Source: Bacteroidia bacterium
Lineage (GTDB): Bacteria; Bacteroidota; Bacteroidia; NS11-12g; UBA9320
NCBI GenBank assembly: GCA_016779945.1
Contig: JADHMR010000005.1
Location: forward strand, 1-55,915
DNA: 55,915 bases
Direction: 5' to 3'
Positions 51,047 to 55,915 of this stretch are shown piece by piece (within the stretch, counting starts at the first letter, position 1; each line of letters opens with the position of its first letter). The position numbers were made by a program, and so were the translations under genes. Below the pieces are notes generated by a model. The model did not search any database and had not been told where the DNA came from. It was given only the letters and a program-made list of their open reading frames with translations.

Positions 51047-53323
51047 ATGAGAAAATTAGTATTTGTGTCCATTTTTTTAGTTTACGCTCTAAGTATGAGT
51101 GCTCAATTATTTGAAATTTCTTTTGAACCTAATTTTAAAAACATAAATGGTGAGTCGATTTCTTTAGCGTTGTCAGGTGGTTTAAATCAGCCACAATTTT
51201 CAAATATTGACTTTAATAATGATGGTAAACTAGATTTATTTGTTTTTGATAGAAACGGAAATAAAGCACTTACTTTTATTGCTAAGTCAGTTCATGGAAA
51301 AATAATTTATGACTACGACCCTCAATACGAGGAATTATTTCCCTCTGCTCAGGAGTTTATGCAATTGCATGATTATAACGCGGATGATAAACCAGATCTA
51401 TGGATATATAACGGAGATTCTGTCGTTTTATATCAAAACAATGGTCAAACAATGCCCAGTTTTGACAGAATTAAAGGCTTATTTGCTTTTGATCGTGTGA
51501 ACTATGTGCCTTTTAATCCATTTAAAAAACTTTCCGAGATAAAGGGTTGCCTTCCAGCAATAGTTGATATTGACGGTGATACAGATATTGATTTTATAAC
51601 AAATTTAAACGTTACCGGATCCCAGATGATATTCAATAGAAATACTACTATCGATAGTAATTTTCAATTGGAAAATATCAAGTTTGATATTGTTGATAAG
51701 TGTTTTGGGGGAATTGACGAATTCAATGGTAATCTTATTGTTAATGCTCCTTGTTATTTTTATGAGGCCTATAAACAAAAGAAAAAGCATGTTGCCACCA
51801 AAACCATTTTGTTATTTGATGAAGATGCCGATGGCGATTTAGATTTATTGTTTGGTAGCTCAGAGCGATCTACCAACCCAGTATACTTTTTTAGAAATGG
51901 GAAAGCTGATTTAGAATATTATAAAGACACTTTTTTATCCGTAGATACAGCTTATTTTACTAGTATAATCGAATCTCAACTTCCTGTGTCGCCAGCAATG
52001 TCATACGTGGATGTTAATTTGGATGGTGTTAAAGATTTAATTTTAAGTACCAATGAGATTGACAAATCCTCATATCCTATAATGGAGAGTAACAATTCAA
52101 TTTTGTTTATCAATGATGGGTTGACAAACGATGTTGATTTTGTTTTTGAACAGAATGATTTTCTAGTGGGTGATATGATTGATTATGGTTCTGGTTGTTC
52201 ACCATCATTCGTTGATTTGGATAACGATGGAGATCAAGATTTAATTTTTGCAACCAGTGGAAACCACTATATAACAGGGGATACTTCAGACTTCTTAGTC
52301 TACTTTGAAAACAAAGGTTCGTCGAGTCTACCCGATTTTCAGTTAGTTGATGATAATTATTTGAATTTAAAATCTAAGCATATTAGAGGTATAATGCCAA
52401 CATTTGCTGATATTGATGGCGACAATGATTTAGATTTATTTTTTGGCAAAATGGATGGGTCAATTAGTTTTTATGAGAATATAGGTAATACTGAAAATCC
52501 AGATTTTTCCTACATTACTTCCAATTATGAAAATATTCAAGTTACAAATTATGCTGCTCCATACTTTGATGATTTGAATCGTGACGGGATAATTGATTTG
52601 ATTGTGGGGAGTTATGATGGGACTATTGATTATTACCAAAATACAGGCACTACTGCGAATCCTATCTTTAATCTTACTCGAGATACTTTTGGAGGAATCA
52701 TTGTCAATGAATTAGTCCGAACTTCTAAACTTGGTTCAGATGGACAGATATATGATACCATGGTTTATCAAAACTATGGATTTAGCTCTCCTGTTGTTTT
52801 GCATTGGGAAAATGGTTCTCGTTGTATTGCTGTGGGAAATAACCAAGGACTAGTTCGTGTATATGATCTCAAATCTGATTTGAACGAGAATTTGAATGAA
52901 ATTGAAGATTACATGATAGAATTTCACAGCCAAAAAAAATACACAAAAGATTGGGGAAGAAGAGCTAATCCGTCCAGTTCAGATTTAAATGGTGATGGTT
53001 ATCCAGATATGTTAATTGGTAACGATCGCGGAGGGATGAACTTTGTAAAAGGAAACAAGAAAACAAGTGCAACTCTTGCTAAAGAAAAATTAACTGTATT
53101 CAAAATTATACCAAACCCTGCCAAACACTATTTTAGAATTGAAACAAAATCAAATAGACGAATTCAATACAAGATTTCAGATTTAAGTGGAAGAGTAATA
53201 CAAGAGAGTTCTACATTCTCAGGTGATCGAATTTCGATGGACAAGTTTCCAAATGGAATCTACTTTGTTTCAATCGAAGATGGTTTTAGGAAGTACCACG
53301 TTGAAAAGCTTATTTCTCTATAA
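51047..53323 (+). CDS. FG-GAP-repeat (Ca-binding blade) protein with T9SS CTD
   Basis: Repeated D.[DN].DG..D motifs (DFNNDGKLD, DIDGDTDID, DLDNDGDQD, DLNGDGYPD). C-terminal IPNPA..DLSGR..GIYFV. Confidence 0.85.
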   Translation: MRKLVFVSIFLVYALSMSAQLFEISFEPNFKNINGESISLALSGGLNQPQFSNIDFNNDGKLDLFVFDRNGNKALTFIAKSVHGKIIYDYDPQYEELFPSAQEFMQLHDYNADDKPDLWIYNGDSVVLYQNNGQTMPSFDRIKGLFAFDRVNYVPFNPFKKLSEIKGCLPAIVDIDGDTDIDFITNLNVTGSQMIFNRNTTIDSNFQLENIKFDIVDKCFGGIDEFNGNLIVNAPCYFYEAYKQKKKHVATKTILLFDEDADGDLDLLFGSSERSTNPVYFFRNGKADLEYYKDTFLSVDTAYFTSIIESQLPVSPAMSYVDVNLDGVKDLILSTNEIDKSSYPIMESNNSILFINDGLTNDVDFVFEQNDFLVGDMIDYGSGCSPSFVDLDNDGDQDLIFATSGNHYITGDTSDFLVYFENKGSSSLPDFQLVDDNYLNLKSKHIRGIMPTFADIDGDNDLDLFFGKMDGSISFYENIGNTENPDFSYITSNYENIQVTNYAAPYFDDLNRDGIIDLIVGSYDGTIDYYQNTGTTANPIFNLTRDTFGGIIVNELVRTSKLGSDGQIYDTMVYQNYGFSSPVVLHWENGSRCIAVGNNQGLVRVYDLKSDLNENLNEIEDYMIEFHSQKKYTKDWGRRANPSSSDLNGDGYPDMLIGNDRGGMNFVKGNKKTSATLAKEKLTVFKIIPNPAKHYFRIETKSNRRIQYKISDLSGRVIQESSTFSGDRISMDKFPNGIYFVSIEDGFRKYHVEKLISL

Positions 53324-53728
53324 TTAAAGTTGATTGATTACACTCAAAGGCCCTTCACAATATACAGTATGACAGTTTTTACATGCTCGAATTGAAGCGT
53401 CATAATAATATTGCTGTGAATCTTTACGATCTATACCTTTCAGTGCATTAGTGTAAGATGGGACCATTCCTTGAAAAGCAGCTTCAAGGTGTTCGTCACG
53501 CGTAGCTTTCTGATTTGCTAAATCATAAAAATTTTGCGGAACATCATCAATAACTTCTCCTTTGGAGAGTAGATTTTTAGTCTCCTTACTCCACAGAACC
53601 ATATCTCGCATCATTTGGGAGAGTTCTGAAGGATGATACATGTCGGCAGTTTCAGTATTTTGATTTTGTTTTGTGCACGCAAAAATGCCCAAAACTAGGG
53701 TTAGAATTATCGATAGTTTAAGATTCAT
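53324..53728 (-). CDS. Putative monoheme c-type cytochrome lipoprotein (cytochrome c'-like)
   Basis: Lipobox IFAC, helical SELSQMMRDM, C-terminal CKNCH heme motif. Confidence 0.65.
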   Translation of the reverse strand: MNLKLSIILTLVLGIFACTKQNQNTETADMYHPSELSQMMRDMVLWSKETKNLLSKGEVIDDVPQNFYDLANQKATRDEHLEAAFQGMVPSYTNALKGIDRKDSQQYYYDASIRACKNCHTVYCEGPLSVINQL

Positions 53729-53731
53729 TTT

Positions 53732-54187
53732 TTAATTAATAACTACACCGTTAGCCATAAATTGAAGTTTTACTTTTGGAGAATTTATTTGGGCAATTTC
53801 CTCCTCGGTTGCATTAGCATCTTTAGCAATTTCAATTTGCTGAGAAACGGAAATCGTGTCAGAATAAGCCCATCCAGAAATTATGGCTTCATGATCAGCA
53901 CTATTTTTGGGTACAAAAAAACCATAGTCTTTGAATTGGACTAGCATTTGATTGCCATCCATGTCCATATTCATCCAGCATCCTTTGGCTTGACAAGCAG
54001 CGGTTATATTTCCTTTGACAGTTGTAAATAAGGAATCTTTCCCTTGTAATTCTTGCATTAATTCTTCGCCAGTTATAGCAGTATTTTGATCCCAATCAGT
54101 ATCGCCATAATTGCCATTGATTGTGTTTGTTTGCTGACATCCAAAAATTGTGATGATGATTAGAGAGGTAAGAATTGTTTTTTTCAT
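53732..54187 (-). CDS. DUF4920 lipoprotein
   Basis: Lipobox IFGC, CQAKGCWM, FKDYGFFVPK. Confidence 0.8.
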   Translation of the reverse strand: MKKTILTSLIIITIFGCQQTNTINGNYGDTDWDQNTAITGEELMQELQGKDSLFTTVKGNITAACQAKGCWMNMDMDGNQMLVQFKDYGFFVPKNSADHEAIISGWAYSDTISVSQQIEIAKDANATEEEIAQINSPKVKLQFMANGVVIN

Positions 54188-54190
54188 GTT

Positions 54191-54787
54191 TTATTTAAAA
54201 TTTTGAATAATAATATGTTCGTTACAAAAATTGTATTCGTTTGCGTTGTTTGATGCGACAATAATTAGTTGATTGTCACAGTATTCTTTAATCATATTTA
54301 CATACCATTTGATATTTTCATGATCAAAATTGGTGCACGGCTCATCTAGTAATAATACCGGTGAATCTGAAAAAATAGCCAAGGACAATTTTACTTTATT
54401 CATTAGACCAGATGAAAGTGTATAATATTTTTTGTTTTTAAATTCTGATAGTTTTGAAGCAGTTAATTGCTCGTTGATTGTTATTTTAGGTTTTTTAAAT
54501 TGAAAATGAAAGTCAAATAACTCTTGAACTGAGTAATCAAGAAGTAAATCCATTTCGGGACTTGTAAAACTAATTTGATTGGATTCGACGATATTTTCTG
54601 AGTAATTTATTTCGCCTTTTGTAGGAGATAATACCCCACCTATAATTTTGAGTAATGTACTTTTACCAGACGAATTTTCACCAAGGATTGCATACTTATT
54701 GTTGTTCTTGAAATTGAAAGTAAATTCTCGAAATAGGATATCTCGATTAAAGCGTTTCGATATTCCAATGCAATCTATCTGAGTCAT
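54191..54787 (-). CDS. Stand-alone ABC ATPase
   Basis: GENSSGKST, LSSG, LLDEP. Confidence 0.85.
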   Translation of the reverse strand: MTQIDCIGISKRFNRDILFREFTFNFKNNNKYAILGENSSGKSTLLKIIGGVLSPTKGEINYSENIVESNQISFTSPEMDLLLDYSVQELFDFHFQFKKPKITINEQLTASKLSEFKNKKYYTLSSGLMNKVKLSLAIFSDSPVLLLDEPCTNFDHENIKWYVNMIKEYCDNQLIIVASNNANEYNFCNEHIIIQNFK

Positions 54788-55569
54788 TATCTAGAGATAT
54801 ACCCTTTCATTACTCCACGATCTGAAGCCCTGATAAAGCTGATAATTTCGTCTCTTTCTTGGGTTGCAGGCATCTCGGTTTCAATTTTAGTAAGAGCTTT
54901 AGCGTTGTTGAGTCCTCTTAAGTATAAATTTCTGTAGATTTCTTGAATTTCAGCTATTTTTTCTGAGCTAAATCCTCTTCGTCTAAGGCCAATACTATTA
55001 ACTCCTTCATAACTCAATGGTTCTCTAGCAGCTTTTGTGTATGGAGGAACATCCTTTCTTACAAGACTTCCACCACTGATCATCACATGAGGACCAATAT
55101 TTACAAATTGATGTACGGCAACTAGACCACTCAGAATAGCAAAGTCATGGATGATAACTTCACCTGCAATTTGAGAACCATTACCAATAATCACATTATT
55201 ACCAACAATGGTGTCGTGTGCGATGTGGGAGTATGCCATCAAAAGGCAATTATTTCCAACTACGGTTTTGTTCTTTGCGGCAGTACCTTTGTTAATAGTT
55301 ACACATTCACGAATTGTTGTGTTATCACCAATTTCAACGGTTGTTTCTTCTCCGTTATATTTTAAGTCTTGTGGAATGGCTGAAATTACAGCTCCAGGAA
55401 AAATTTTGCAATTTTTACCAATTCGAGCTCCTTCCATTATGGTAACATTTGAACCGACCCAAGTTCCTTCTCCAATTTCTACATTCTTATGAATTGTAAC
55501 AAAAGGTTCAATAACTACGGTATCAGCAATTTTTGCACCGGGATTTACATATGCTAAAGGTTGAATCAT
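54787..55569 (-). CDS. lpxA: UDP-GlcNAc O-acyltransferase
   Basis: Hexapeptide repeats, PQDLKY, MAYSHIAHD, VHQF, NSIGLRRRGF. Confidence 0.96.
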   Translation of the reverse strand: MIQPLAYVNPGAKIADTVVIEPFVTIHKNVEIGEGTWVGSNVTIMEGARIGKNCKIFPGAVISAIPQDLKYNGEETTVEIGDNTTIRECVTINKGTAAKNKTVVGNNCLLMAYSHIAHDTIVGNNVIIGNGSQIAGEVIIHDFAILSGLVAVHQFVNIGPHVMISGGSLVRKDVPPYTKAAREPLSYEGVNSIGLRRRGFSSEKIAEIQEIYRNLYLRGLNNAKALTKIETEMPATQERDEIISFIRASDRGVMKGYISR

Positions 55570-55570
55570 A

Positions 55571-55915
55571 TTATCTATTTTCTACTATTTGTGCCATTAA
55601 GTTGGCTTCGGAAACTAGCTTATTACCTACATAAGCTTCTCCTTTCATTGCGCATAAACCTCTACGGATAGGACCAGTTAATGCCATTCTAATTACCAAT
55701 GTATCTCCAGGAACGACTTTGTCTTTGAATTTGGCGTTTTCTATCTTTACAAAGTAAGTACTCCAATTTTCAGGATTTTCTTTCCCAGCTAAAACCAAGA
55801 TACCTCCTGCTTGAGCCATAGCTTCAATTTGAAGAACACCTGGCATAATTGGCTCACCGGGGAAATGACCTTGAAAGAAATATTGATCCCCAGTAATATT
55901 TTTTACAGCAATTAT
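55571..55915 (-). CDS. fabZ: 3-hydroxyacyl-ACP dehydratase domain (C-terminus, probably of an LpxC-FabZ fusion), truncated by window
   Basis: Frame is open to the window end: KNIT...FFQGHFPGEPIMPGVLQIEAMAQ, KFKDKVVPGD. Confidence 0.9.
   Translation of the reverse strand: MIAVKNITGDQYFFQGHFPGEPIMPGVLQIEAMAQAGGILVLAGKENPENWSTYFVKIENAKFKDKVVPGDTLVIRMALTGPIRRGLCAMKGEAYVGNKLVSEANLMAQIVENR

Noticed and set aside
2270-55492. Numerous 60-110 aa ORFs in the track that are antisense or out-of-frame inside longer genes (e.g. 2270, 2711, 6328, 13275, 18092, 34840, 38450, 43804, 55208)
   Set aside because: They are shadow ORFs overlapping well-supported genes and have no recognisable motifs.
1-55915. 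CRISPR arrays, IS/transposases, integrases, prophage, tRNA/rRNA, defence systems
   Set aside because: No repeat-spacer periodicity, terminal inverted repeats, recombinase motifs or RNA-gene signatures were seen by eye.

Overview
AT-rich, gene-dense chromosomal segment of a free-living Bacteroidota bacterium. Supporting signs are TAnnTTTG -7 promoters, no Shine-Dalgarno motifs, T9SS cargo, an S46 peptidase and HmuY. It is mostly core genes (efp, iscS, speB, fbaA, folD, queE, hmgA, thrS-infC-rpmI-rplT, lpxA/lpxB/fabZ, surE, recN, murF). No tRNA/rRNA, mobile element, CRISPR array or defence island was recognised. The best candidates for a poorly described system are: (1) a translationally coupled VTC-domain polyphosphate polymerase / DUF4956 membrane protein / DUF2490 beta-barrel / CotH-kinase lipoprotein operon (30693-34059) preceded by Pho-box-like 11-bp periodic repeats; (2) a cobalamin-riboswitch-controlled btuB operon whose B12-binding-like accessory proteins carry T9SS C-terminal domains instead of lipid anchors; (3) a divergent EF-P next to agmatinase. 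Two or three single-base frame breaks (TolB-like gene, YeeE G7 tract, possibly the MsbA-like start) suggest assembly indels or slippage. All family assignments come from motif recognition by eye; no searches were run.
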